From Acidobacteriota bacterium (lineage in GTDB: Bacteria > Acidobacteriota > UBA6911 > RPQK01 > JAJDTT01): a stretch of 64,000 nt of DNA. Below, piece by piece: positions 46,401 through 53,600 of the stretch. Below the pieces are notes generated by a model that worked only from the letters and a program-made list of their open reading frames with translations, did no database searches and had not been told where the DNA came from. Each line of letters begins with the position of its first letter. Position 1 is the first letter of the stretch. The position numbers were made by a program, and so were the translations under genes. Location of the stretch: the NCBI GenBank assembly GCA_965217775.1, contig CBDCJH010000002.1, positions 2,496,001 through 2,560,000 of the forward strand, read 5' to 3'.

Positions 46401-47312
46401 CCGGCCCTCCGGAGGATTCGAGCTGATCTCGATCTTTCGCACCGCCGGACCTGTCGCCCCGCTCAACGGCATAGGCTCGGGCTCGAGTCCTCCTCCTGTG
46501 ACTGCCGCGCGGAGTTCTTCCAGCGAGGTGTTGTGGACTCCACCGGCCGACTCCAGGGTCAGGGCCACCATCGCCGCCACCTGCGGAGGGGGCGCCGAGC
46601 TGACACAGAAGGTCGCGAAATCCGGATTGGCCGTAGTCACGCACGTCGCCCCGGAGAGGCCGGCGGTCGTCCCTGCCGAATCCCCGGTGTTCGATAGATC
46701 GTCCGCCAGCGGCGGCAATCGGTCCGGAGCGGTTTCGCCTTCTCTGACCCTGGAATGGACCGGGTTGCCCCGAGCAGAGACGTAGACGCAACCGTTGCGG
46801 ACCGCCGCGTGGACCGCCTGGGCCATGAGGCCGCCCTGATAGATCGTCTCCTGATGGTCGAAGAGGTCGTCGACGATGACGTCCGCCCCCGCCCGGCAGA
46901 GCGCCTCGAGGTTGGCCGCGAACCGCGCCGGCCCGCCCCGGCCGGTCGCGAAGTAGAGCTCGCCGCCCGGGGCCAGGTCGTGGAGGATCGAAAGGGTCGC
47001 GGTCCCGTCGTCGCCTTCTCCCGCCTGGCCCGGCAGCACCGTCACCCGATCCCGAAGATCGCCCGCTGCCTCACCGGTGATCAGCGTCGCCACACCGCTG
47101 GAGAGCACGCCGATCCCGACGCCCGTGCCGTCGACACCCTGACTCCGGCGCATCGCTGTGCCTGGCCGGGCGGCCTGCTTCTGTATTCCACCTCCAGCGG
47201 CGACAGCCGGCTGCTGGGCCCGGATCGGCTCGATCAACAGAGAGATCGCCGCCAACACCCCGAATACACCAAGGGCCCATGACGAGTTTCCTGACCAGCG
47301 TGACCGCCTCAT
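31443..47312 (-). CDS. Giant secreted multidomain protein 1 (5289 aa): pseudo-subtilase, Ig-like, propeptide, S8-like protease, 3 cadherin-like/GLUG/FN3 modules, 8 Ig+SwmB-like repeat pairs, Calx-beta, poly-Pro, FN3, duplicated C-terminal module
   Basis: Uninterrupted ORF with signal peptide; GIGVISDG, DEGTALLEIVHDLAPGA, FCGTSSAAPHAAAIAAL; VGGLVG (GLUG) repeats; LTLxYxExLDxxSxP (SwmB-like) repeats. Confidence 0.9.
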   Translation of the reverse strand: MRRSRWSGNSSWALGVFGVLAAISLLIEPIRAQQPAVAAGGGIQKQAARPGTAMRRSQGVDGTGVGIGVLSSGVATLITGEAAGDLRDRVTVLPGQAGEGDDGTATLSILHDLAPGGELYFATGRGGPARFAANLEALCRAGADVIVDDLFDHQETIYQGGLMAQAVHAAVRNGCVYVSARGNPVHSRVREGETAPDRLPPLADDLSNTGDSAGTTAGLSGATCVTTANPDFATFCVSSAPPPQVAAMVALTLESAGGVHNTSLEELRAAVTGGGLEPEPMPLSGATGPAVRKIEISSNPPEGRETYGIGDAIEVTVTFSEPVTVAGTPQLGLTVGSLTRSASYTGGAGTTALVFSYTVAEDDEDTDGLSVEADSLSVDNGAIEGGSDNAAELDHAGLPDQAGQRVDGVKPALLDSDAAAMTNRTGEETKPAGGRLPARAVRQIQSLLSAKVRRTPAERKVSSQLLDARRTPRQKPPAAGRLEGTDPQATDERVMVDIRAEVTPAVLIRIRELGGTVISSVPKYQAIRAQIPLRAVVMLAALDEIRTIRPADKARTRGQAARLSPASRTRTADFPVTKKDDTTEGDVAHRADSARSTHKVDGTGIGIGVISDGVRSLADRQASGDVPARVTVLPGEEGEGDEGTALLEIVHDLAPGAELYFATGYGGEARMAENIEALCEAGANVIVDDIGYSTEAVFQDGIIAKGVNAAVADGCFFFSAGGNDGNLTNGTSSVWEGDYAAGSTLVVDGETVGARHDFGGGVEANALSDYGDGSIVLQWADPLGVSTNDYDLFVINKDGDVIESSTDTQDGTQDPIEFIPHVHLSGRSVVVVRVSGVDRYLRVQVFGGRLTIATAGNMYGHPAVENAIGVAMVDVRTAAGTGGVFNGNESVRRANSDGPRRIFFQPDGTAITAGNFSSTGGQLLEKPDLAAATCVTTATPGFSTFCGTSSAAPHAAAIAALMLEAAGGPNQVTLAELRTGMTTGTAVLDIEATGVDRDSGAGIVMAPGAVDAVDAAVADRNRAPTVENAESDRTFTLGGDAVDIDLEDVFDDPDDDTLTYEAMSSDPDRLTLTRSNAQVTITPGAPGRVVVRLRAIDPDGLSAVDSVSVTITAGSRDYDTDDDGLIEVGNLAQLDALRYDLNGDGQVDGATWMPYYTAYPMGALGMGCPPTDGCIGYELTANLDFDTDGDGNIDSDDTYWNEGKGWLSIGNSDDPFIVRFYGNGHSLTNLFINRPDEDEIGLFGQLGPVPGLFADEIHTDAGFDILDVGLIGVDISGRDKVGSLVGRADDLETRRSHASGRVAGRDRVGGLVGDSDSGVWESYAAVKVSGRNSVGGLIGSQATIKAANLLNHSRIGSCYATGDVSGANAIGGLVGSSGTSIWAAYATGNVSGTGSRQMGASECELGGGGVGGLVGNACYPGRYGGHIFASYATGMVSGSVGVGGLVGTTHSEVVLRGNYWDMEASGVRVGVGEDDSNENGVIDGTESHSIGLAGQTTAVLQAPTYYEGIYETWNLDVNLDGEPDAPWHFGTSSQYPALTADLNRNRSATWQEFGYQVRGGLTLTAAATEGQAQVALAWTQVSTSPWSPAPDVTYTLVRDDGTTEEAVEKGATALRYTDTDVTTGATYTYRVTALLDGGEAIRSAPVSVIVGEGNQPPVAVGILEDLFLRVGAGTGTVALSEAFRDPESDTLTYGASSSETAVASVTSSAAQLTITPVAGGRTAITVTATDSAGSNNSATQRFTVTVWPANAVDYDTDDDSLIEIGNLAQLDAVRHDLDGDGTPTARGKNSYERAFANAVEWMGCSLSVGCRGYELTVDLDFDTNGNGAADAADEYWNGGAGWVPIGGAGSTLDAQAYHVENPFTANFEGNGHTVSHLFIGTDTIFLVGLFGFAGSSSNIRNLGLIDADVSGPELAAGLVGLNRGKIRSSYVTGRVSSINNVGGLVGINSLFAEIRGSYATSHVSGDDDVGGLVGDNRGEIVASYATGRAAGNTDVGGLVGNNKSTGEISAGYATGTVSGGSNVDGLIGLFEGGSINASYWDKQTSGHATGVLPFGRTTAQLQSPRSYSGIYGSWNLDINGDSVNDDPWDFGTSSQYPALRADRNGDGDATWEEFGYQLRSGPNLTATPTENAGQSQVELEWTEVPLSSAWTPAPSLSYTVTRDDGATLETIAENLTAREYTDTDVAGETYVYQVAAVVNGGEAVRSATVSVTVVGNSRPVPVGTLPDRTLRVGDSAMTEVAGAFRDPEGDTITYGVSSSDPTIASVTVAGTRVTMVSVGAGQATITVTATDETGSNKSRTQRFTVTVLPTTTTDYDADDDGLIEISNPAQLDAVRHDLDGDGVPTTTGARSYARAFANGSDQLACGGLFGCVGYELSADPDFDTDNSGEADAGDTYWNGGAGWVPIGDSSDSFSAIFEGNGETLTNLFIDRSGNDVGLFGETTSSAVIRNLELVAVQVTGTDNVGGLVGSNGGAVSGCFATGKVTGDDDVGGLIGSNLNDGAVTVSYSTVQVTGDDRVGGLAGSNRGEVTAAYATGRVVGDSEAGGLIGRNSGDVNVSYATGLVSGRSTIGGLVGRNTGGGAISDSFWDIETSGRASGSYGQPQTTANLQTPTDYAGIYRNWNLDLDGDGMNDAPWDFGTSSQYPALSVDTNGVGGETWQEFGQQIRAGPALMATPALGRVTLIWSAVSVSGVTYNLYRTSGTTVRILSENTSSRAYVDTGVTAGATYVYQVAAVINGGEASRSARVSVDVPIPDTTGPTVSRLEITSDAGSDSTYAIRDVIEVTVTFSEDVFVTGTPQLTLRVGEQDRTANYDSVTDAEVLFRYRVVTGDVDTNGVSIAADSLSLNGGTLKDGSDNEADLDHRALGTQSRHKVDGIQPELAATRGAVVNGAALTLTYTETLDSASTPPSGAFFVSGGSSSRTVSDVALRGSAVDLTLSSAVAHWETGIRVSYTVPAGMGATPIQDRAGNDADGLSGAPVTNETPDRIPPTVTSVEITSDPPDSRDVYGIGEEIEVTVTFSETVTVTGTPRVTLKVGERDRSANYESVTGAVVVFAYTVATNDSDTDGVSIEADSLTGTIRDTAGNHAVLTHSTVAADTGQKVDGIKPVLASTDGAVANGTMLTLAYSEPLDTSSAPGNDAFTVTGGSETRAVTGVRVSGNSVELTLTPAVEHWETGLRVSYTVPTGASASPIQDTAGNDADRLINKSVTNNTGDAGGPTVEMVRITSNAGSDRTYAVEDLIEVTVTFDETVVVTGTPRLTLNVGGRNRTADYLSVTGAAVKFEYKVSRGDSDRDGVSIDADSLSRGGGTIRDGARNNAQLDHAAVAADSRHQVDGVPPVLATTDGAVVNGTTLTLAYSEPLRSSSRPATSVFTVTGGSETRTVTRVQVSGSAVLLTLNPAVTDIESGLRLSYQPGGNPIEDVVGNAADELNNRPVTNRTGDTTGPTVETVRITSNAGSDSTYAAGETIEVTVTFNETVVVTGTPRLTLNLGGRSRTANYQDVTGAAVRFEYQVVSGDSAAYGVSIDANRLSGGTIRDGARNNAVRNHAPVAADSRHQVDGVKPRLATSDGAVASGTTLTLAYGEPLDSSSVPVTDDFTVTGGSETRTVSGVRVSGSAVFLTVSSAVTDGERGLRVSYEPGSDPIQDTAGNDADRLSSKSVTNRTGDTTGPTVSTVRITSSAGSDRTYGVDETIEVTVTFDETVVVTVTPQLTLNVGGRSRTANFRSVKNQAVKFAYRVVPGDNDGDGVSIDADSLSRGAGTIRDGARNDATLDHAGVAADARHQVDGILPVLATTDGAVVNGTKLTLAYSEPLNSSSRPAASAFTVTGGSEARTVTRVQVSGSAVLLTLSPTVQDTESGLRLSYQPGGNPIEDPVGNAADELNNQPVTNHTGDTTGPTVETVRITSNAGSDSTYAAGETIEVTVTFSETVVVTGTPRLTLNVGGRNRTANYQDVTGAAVRFEYQVVSGDSAAYGVSIEANRLSGGTIRDGARNNAVRNHAPVAADSRHQVDGVKPTLATSDGAVVNGRTLTLAYGEPLDSSSVPATDDFTVTGGSETRTVTGVRVSGSAVFLTLSSAVADGESRLRVNYEPGSNPIQDTAGNDADRLSSKSVTNRTGDTTGPAVSRVRITSSAGSDRTYGVDEAIEVTVTFDETVVITGTPELTLNVGGGNRRAEYRSVSTRAVKFAYRVVTGDNDEDGVSLEENRLSRAGGRIRDGAGNDATLDYEAVAASSSHKVDAVAPVLALTDPAVVNGATLTLTYNEPLDTSSRPATSDFTVEGGNETRTVTRVQVSGSTVRLTVNPAAEYGETGIRVSYEPRSNPIQDPVGNDAEAFRDQFVDNRTPDTTAPSIEGIEISSNPGTDETYAVDDMISVTVRYDEPVTVDTIRGTPTLDLLVGTRRKRASASVGPDQPAVLFVYTVEKGDEDEDGVSVPRGSISLNGGKILDLADNPAARSYEAVEAQADHKVDASVPGLEGVTVHGSRVALTYDEALDEGSTPSRFDFAVTVAGDDRMVLQVRVSGNSVILTLTSRVTAGETVRVSYTPGLDPLQDEVGNTVEALTDQRADPPLVTIQAKQGSETVTEGDTVEFTLTRGPPTEAPLTVNLEVTETRSMIETSGDYAPPEEVEFRTGQETATLEVLTDDDDVAESTSRVTARLLPGDEYRLGPTSTRSARVTVQDNEVSAPPPPPPPPPPPPPPPPPPPPPPPPPPPPPPPPPPPPAATVPTAPLNLQAEAGDGEVTLTWKAPESDGRSALTGYQVRIDRAGDWTSIGSTDLTHTVAGLTNGRTYIFEVRAVNEVGQSPPSSPVEATPMAEEVILEFAHFGNGVSGDDVLITSDLVLVNVAENEIRPVIYFFDREGDLFEAESVVDVGEDLEIREDGGLAPRTEIASLGELTISTHGRGEVVTGSVRVVSDGPIGGVVRFDIPGIGVAGVGASEPTSDALFPARRQSGGIRTAAAIHNLGMEAVDVQCRLMKDGRVLEEGEIELSANGQDAQFLEELFTATDTTDFVGSVRCTVPAGESFTGVAVELDAGNRIFTTLPVVPIGPEATEDQETTLNFAHFANGTSGDGTLITSDLVLVNVAASTARPAIYFYDQGGELLEPESMVEVEDHLLVREDGGLTLRTAMARLGELTISTHGRGDVVTGSVRVVANGPIGGVLRFDIPGVGVAGVGASQPTVDALFPARRQPAGIRTAAAIRNLAAQRATVRCRLMSGGEALEEVDVRLDAHGQQASFIEEVFTRTDTRDFVGSVRCTAAGEAMFTGVAVELDTGNRIFTTLPVVPIQR
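33147..33254 (-). repeat. Poly-proline tract (~36 Pro) in giant protein 1
   Basis: Run of mixed CCG/CCA/CCT/CCC codons between the Calx-beta and FN3 domains. Confidence 0.95.
33610..39055 (-). repeat. Eight ~220-aa tandem units (Ig-like + SwmB-like) in giant protein 1
   Basis: Units begin xDxxxPxVxxxxITSxxGSD and contain IEVTVTF...TGTPxLTL...GVSI and LTLAYxEPLxxSS...PIQDxxGN. Confidence 0.88.
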
Positions 47313-47473
47313 AATCCTGGGGTGAGGAAGAATCGGTGTCCTTACGGGGACTTCGATAAAGAGCGGGAAGGGAGGGTCGCTCTCATCCGTCTATCTTTAG
47401 ACTGCCGCTCGGCAGGGTGCTCCGAGCTATGCACTGTCTCTCCACATGATGAGTTCCATGTAATAGACATTGG

Positions 47474-47641
47474 GTCGATTATAAGGAGCAACCCGGACGA
47501 ATTTGGGGCCTAATAGTGAAATCTGAGTGATATTTTGGTCGGTATAGTGATACTATAGTGAAATGTTCCACCCGGACCGCCCTCACCGGCGGTGACCGGG
47601 GGATTCAGGGAGGGGATCGTCTTCCGACTACTCTCGGCAGG
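47474..47641 (-). promoter_or_regulatory. Conserved intergenic spacer with putative promoter of giant gene 1
   Basis: Homologous to 62333-62500; minus-strand TATAAT at 47478-47483; four TCACT motifs upstream. Confidence 0.55.
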
Positions 47642-50600
47642 TCATCTTTGAATCGGCACCACCGGCAGGGTGGTGAAGATCCGGTTGCCGGTATCCAGCT
47701 CTACCGCGACTCCCGTGAACAGGCCTTCCCCGAGAGCCGTGCATCTCACCGATCCGACGAAGTCTCTGGTATCCGTCCGGGTGAAGACCTCTTCGATGAA
47801 CCGGGCTTGCTGTCCGTGCGCGTTGAGACGAATGTCTACCTCTTCCAGGGCCTCGCCCCCGCTCATCAATTGACACCGCACCGTTGCGCGCTGCGCCGCC
47901 AGGTTGCGGATCGCCGCCGCGGTGCGGATCCCTCCCGCTTGCCTGCGGGCCGGGAACAGGGCGTCCACCGTGGGTTGACTCGCGCCCACGCCGGCCACGC
48001 CGACGCCCGGGATGTCGAAGCGCAGGACGCCGCCGATGGGCCCGTTCGCCACCACCCGCACCGATCCGGTCACCACCTCGCCCCGGCCGTGGGTCGAGAT
48101 CGTCAGCTCGCCCAGTCGGGCCAGGGCCGTTCGCAGGGTCAGACTTCCGTCCTCTCGGACGAGAAGATGGTCTTCGACCTCCACCATCGATTCCGGCTCC
48201 AATAGCTCTCCGCCCTGATCGTAAAAGTAGATGGCGGGACGGGCGGTCGAAGCGGCCACGTTCACCAGCACCAGGTCGGAGGTGATCAAGGTTCCGTCGG
48301 CGGAAGTTCCATTGGCGAAATGCGCGAAGGTCAGGGTCGTTTCTTCCTCTTCGCCGCCGTCCGGATCCACGGGCACCACCGGCAGCGTGGTGAAGATCCG
48401 GTTGCCCGCATCCAGCTCCACCGCCACTCCCGTGAACGACTCACCGGCCGGGACCGTACAACGCACCGACCCCACGAAGTCCGTGGTGTCGGTCTCCGTG
48501 AACAACTCCTCGAGGAACTGGGCATCCTGGCCGTTGGCGCTGAGTTTGATCTCCCCCTCTTCCAGTACCCTGCCGTTCTTCAGCAACCGGCACTGCACCT
48601 TCACCGCTTCCGGGCCCAGGTTGTGGATCGCTGCCGCCGTCCGGATCCCGCCCGCCTGCCTCCGGGCCGGGAACAGGGCGTCCGCCGTGGGTTCGCTGGC
48701 GCCCACGCCGGCCACCCCGATCCCGGGGATGTCAAAGCGCACCACTCCGCCGACAGGTCCGTCCGACACGACTCGGACTGATCCGGTCACCACCTCGCCC
48801 CGGCCGTGGGTGGAGATCGTCAACTCGCCCAGCGACGCGATCTCTGTCCGGGGCGTCAGCCCTCCGTCCTCCCGGATCTCCAGATCGTCCCCGAGGTCCA
48901 CCACGGACCCGGCTTCAAACAGATCTCCCTCCCGGTCGAAGAAGTAGATGACGGGACGGATCTCCGACTCGGCCACGTTCACCAGCACCAGGTCGGAGGT
49001 GATGAGCACGTCGTTGTCCGAATAGCCGTTGCCGAAATGGGCAAACTCCAGGATCACCTCCTCGGCCATGGGCGTGGACTCGACTGCGTCGGAGGGGGGA
49101 CTCTGGCCGATCTCGTTCACGGCCCGCACTTCGAAGACGTAGGTCCGGCCGTTGGTCAGTCCGGTGACCGTATGGGTCAGGTCCGTGGAGCCGATGGAGG
49201 TCCACTCCCCGGCCCGGTCGATCCGGACCTCGTAGCCGGTGAGTGCAGACCGGCCGTCGCTCTCGGGAGCCTTCCAGGAGAGCGTCACTTCACCGTTCCC
49301 GGCTTCTGCCTGCAGGTTCAGCGGTGCCGTGGGCGCCGTCGCAGCCGGCGGCGGAGGTGGCGGCGGAGGCGGAGGCGGTGGCGGCGGAGGCGGAGGCGGC
49401 GGGGGAGGTGGCGGTGGAGGAGGAGGGGGAGGCGGCGGCGGGGTCGAGACTTCGTTGTCCTGGACCGTCACGCGGGCGCTCTGAGTCGAAGCGGATCCCA
49501 GCCGGTACTCGGCTCCCGACTGCAGCCGGGCGGTGACCCGGCTGGTGGATTCGGCGACGTCGTCATCGTCGGTCAACACCTCCAGCGTCGCCGTCTCCTG
49601 CCCGGACCGGAACTCCACCTCCTTCGGCGGATCGTACCCGCCCGAGGTCTCGATCATCGATCTCGTCTCCGTGACCTCCAGGCTCACCATCAGCGGGGCC
49701 TCCGTCGGGGGTCCGCGCGTCAGGGTGAACTCCACGGTGTCGCCTTCCGTCACCGTCTCGGATCCCTCCTTGGCCTGGATGGTCACCAGGGGCGGGTCTA
49801 CCCTTCGATCCGTCAACCCATCCACGGCGTTGCCCACCTCGTCCTGGATCGGGTTGAACCCTGGCGTATAGCTCACCATCACGAGTTCGCCCGCCGTCAC
49901 CGCTGAGGTCAGCCTCAAGATGACGCTGTTTCCGCTCACCCGAACCTGGAGCACCGTTCGATCATCCCCGGCCACCGTGACCTCGAAGTCGGAGTTCGAC
50001 GGTGTCGAGCCCTCATCCAGCGCCTCGTCGTAGGTCAGCGCCACCCGCGAGCCATGCACCGTCACGCCCTCCAGTCCCGGCACGCTCGCATCCACCTTGT
50101 GGTCCGCCTGCGCCTCCACCGCTTCGTAGCTCCGCGCCGCCGGGTTGTCCGCCAGATCCAGGATCTTTCCTCCATTGAGCGCGATGCTCCCGCGCGGGAC
50201 GCTCACTCCGTCCTCGTCCTCGTCCCCTTTCTCCACCGTGTAGACGAACATCACCGCCGCCCGGTCCGACCCGACAATGGCGCTGGCCCGCTTCCGCCGG
50301 GTCCCCACCAGCAGGTCCAACGTCGGCGTTCCGCGAATGGTGTCCACCGTCACCGTCTCGTCGTACCGCACCGTCACCGAGATCATGTCGTCGACCGCGT
50401 AGGTCTCGTCCGTCCCCGGGTCCGAGCTGATCTCGATCCCTTCGATCGACGGGGCCGTCGTGTCCGGCGTCCGGTTGTCCACGAACTGGTCCCTGAAGGC
50501 ATCGGCGTCGTTGCCCACCCGGTCCTGGATCGGGTTCGATCGCGGCTCGTAGCTCACCCGGATCCCCGTCTCTCCGTACTCCGCCGACGGGTTCACCGTG

Positions 50601-53600
50601 AGACGAACCTCACTCCCGCTCACCCGAACCCGGGTCACGGTGCGCGTCTCGTTGCCTCCCTCCACGGTGAAGTCGCTCGTCGCTGGTCGTGAGGACGTAT
50701 TCAGGGGTTCGTTGTAGGTCAGCGTCAGTGTCGCGCCGTTGACCACCACCGGATCGGTCAGCGCCAGGACCGGGGCGACCGCGTCCACTTTGTGGCTGGA
50801 GCTGGCCGCCACTGCCTCATGGTCCAAGGTGGCGTCATTGCCCGCACCGTCCCGGATCGTCCCGCCGGCTCGCGACAGCCGGTTCGCCTCGATGCTCATT
50901 CCGTCCTCGTCGTCGTCCCCAGTGACCACCCGGTAGGCGAACTTCACCGCCCGGGTCGAGACGCTCCGGTACTCCGCCCTTCGGTTCCCGCCGCCCACGT
51001 CCAGGGTCAGTTCGGGCGTTCCGGTGATCACCACCGTCTCGTCGAACGTCACCGTCACCTCGATGGTCTCGTCCACGACGTAGGTCCGGTCCGACCCTGC
51101 ACTCGAGGTGATCCGAACCCTCGACACGGCCGGTCCCGTCGGGTCTCCCGTCCGGTTCGTGACGCTCTTGTTGCTCAACCGGTCCGCGTCGTTGCCGGCG
51201 GTGTCCTGGATCGGATTCGATCCCGGCTCATAGTTCACCCGAAGGCGGCTCTCTCCATCCACGACGGCCGAGCTCAGGGTCAGGAACACCGCGTTTCCGC
51301 TGACCCGGACGCCGGTGACCGTCCGGGTTTCACTCCCGCCTGTCACGGTGAAGTCGTCCGTCGCCGGCACCGAAGAGGAATCCAACGGCTCGCCGTAGGC
51401 CAGCGCTAGCGTCGTGCCGCTGGCCACCGCTCCATCGGACGTCGCCAGCGTCGGCTTGACCCCATCCACCTGGTGCCGGGAATCGGCCGCTACCGGCGCG
51501 TGGCTCAGCACGGCGTTGTTCCGGGCGCCGTCGCGGATCGTCCCACCGGACAGGCGGTTCGCCTCGAGGCTCACCCCGTAGGCGGCACTGTCCCCGGAAA
51601 CCACTTTGTATTCGAACCTCACGGCGGCCCCCGTGACGTCCTGGTAGTTGGCCGTCCGGCTGCGGCCGCCCAGGTTCAGCGTCAACCGCGGCGTCCCCGT
51701 CACCACCACCGTCTCGCTGAACGTCACCGTCACTTCGATGGTTTCGCCGGCCGCGTAGGTCCGGTCCGATCCTGCGTTCGAGGTGATCCTCACCGTCTCC
51801 ACTGTTGGCCCCGTCGTGTCTCCCGTGCGGTTGGTGACCGTTCGGTTGTTCAGCCCGTCCGCGGCGTTCCCCACCACGTCCTCGATCGGATTCCCCCCCG
51901 GCTGGTAGCTCAACCGGAGGCCGCTCTCTCCGTCCGTTACGGCCGGGTTCAACGTCAGCAGGACCGCGCTTCCGCTCACCTGGACCCGGATCACCGTCCG
52001 CGTCTCACTGCCCCCGGTCACGGTGAAGGCGCTCGCCGCCGGCCTCGAGGAGGAGTTCAGCGGCTCGCTGTAGGCCAGCGTCAGAATCGTTCCGTTCGCC
52101 ACCGCCCCGTCCGTAGTGGCCAGCACCGGAGGCACCCCGTCCACTTGGTGCCGGGAATCGGCCGCCACTGCCGCGTGGTCGAGCTGCGCGTTATTCCGGG
52201 CGCCGTCGCGGATCGTCCCTCCACCGCGCGACAGGCTGTCGGCATCGATACTCACGCCGTCCCGGTCGCGGTCGCCCCGGACAACCCTGTACTCGAACTT
52301 GACGGCTGCCCCGCGGTTGACGCTCAGGTAGTCGGCCGTTCGATTCTGCCCGCCCAGGTTCAGCGTCAACCGTGGGGTTCCCGTCACCACCACCGTCTCG
52401 TTGAACGTCACCGTCACCTCGATGGGATCTTCCACCGCGTAGGTCCGATCCGATCCCGCACTCGAGGTGATCCTCACCGTCTCGACCGTCGGCCCCGTCG
52501 TGTCTCCCGTGACGTTGGTGACCGTCCGGTTGCTCAACCGGTCCGCGTCGTTCCCCGCCGTGTCCTGGATCGGAGTCGCTCCCGACCCGGTCGGCACCGT
52601 GTAGCTCACCCGCAGGCCCGTCTCCCCGTGCTCCACCGCCGGATTCAGGGTCAGCTCCACCGCGCTCCCACTCACCCGGACTCCGGTGACCATCCTCATC
52701 TCATTCCCTCCCGTCACGGTGAAGGCGTCGTTCCCCGGCACCGAGGAGGAATCCAACGGCTCGCCGTAGGCCAGCGTCAGCATCGTTCCGTTGGCCACCG
52801 CCCCGTCGGTGCTCGCCAGTACGGGTTTGATGCCGTCCACCTGCTGCCCGGTGTCGGCCGCCACCGCCGTATGGGTCAGGACGGCATGGTTCCCTGCGGT
52901 GTCCCGGATCGTCCCGGTGCCTCGCGACAGGCTGTCCGCCTCGAGGCTCACCCCGTCCGTGTCGCTGTCGTTGACGGCCACGGTGTAGGCAAAGACCACC
53001 ACCGCCCCCGTGACACTCTCGTAGTTCGCCGATCGATTCCGTTCTCCCACCTTCAGCGTCACCCGGGGCGTCCCGGTCACCAGGACCGTCTCGCTGAAGG
53101 TCACCGTCACCTCGATCTCGTCGCCGGCCCCGTAGACGTCGCGGCTGTCCGGGGGAACCGACGTGATCTCCACCGAGGTGACCGTCGGCGGGACCCGGTC
53201 CGCAGTCTCGTTCGTCACCGGCGCGCCGCTCAGTCCGTCCGCGTCGTTTCCGGCCCGGTCCTGAATCGGCGTCGCCCCCATCCCGGCCGGGACCGTGTAG
53301 CTCACCCGGATTCCCGTCTCCCAATGCGCCACCGCGGAGGAGAGAGTCAGATCCACCGCATTTCCCCTCACCGCGACCCCGGAAACATTTCGCGATGAAG
53401 AACCTCCCGAGACGGAGAAGGCGCTGGACGGCGGCGTTGACGCCGAGTCCAAGGTCTCGGTATAGGTCAGCGTCAGCGTCGCTCCGGTCACCACCGCTCC
53501 GCGGGTCGCCGCCAACTCCGGCTGGATGCCGTCCACCTGGTGCCGCGATTGGGTTCCCAGCGCCCGGTGATCCAGATCGGCCTCGTTGTCCATGCCGTCC

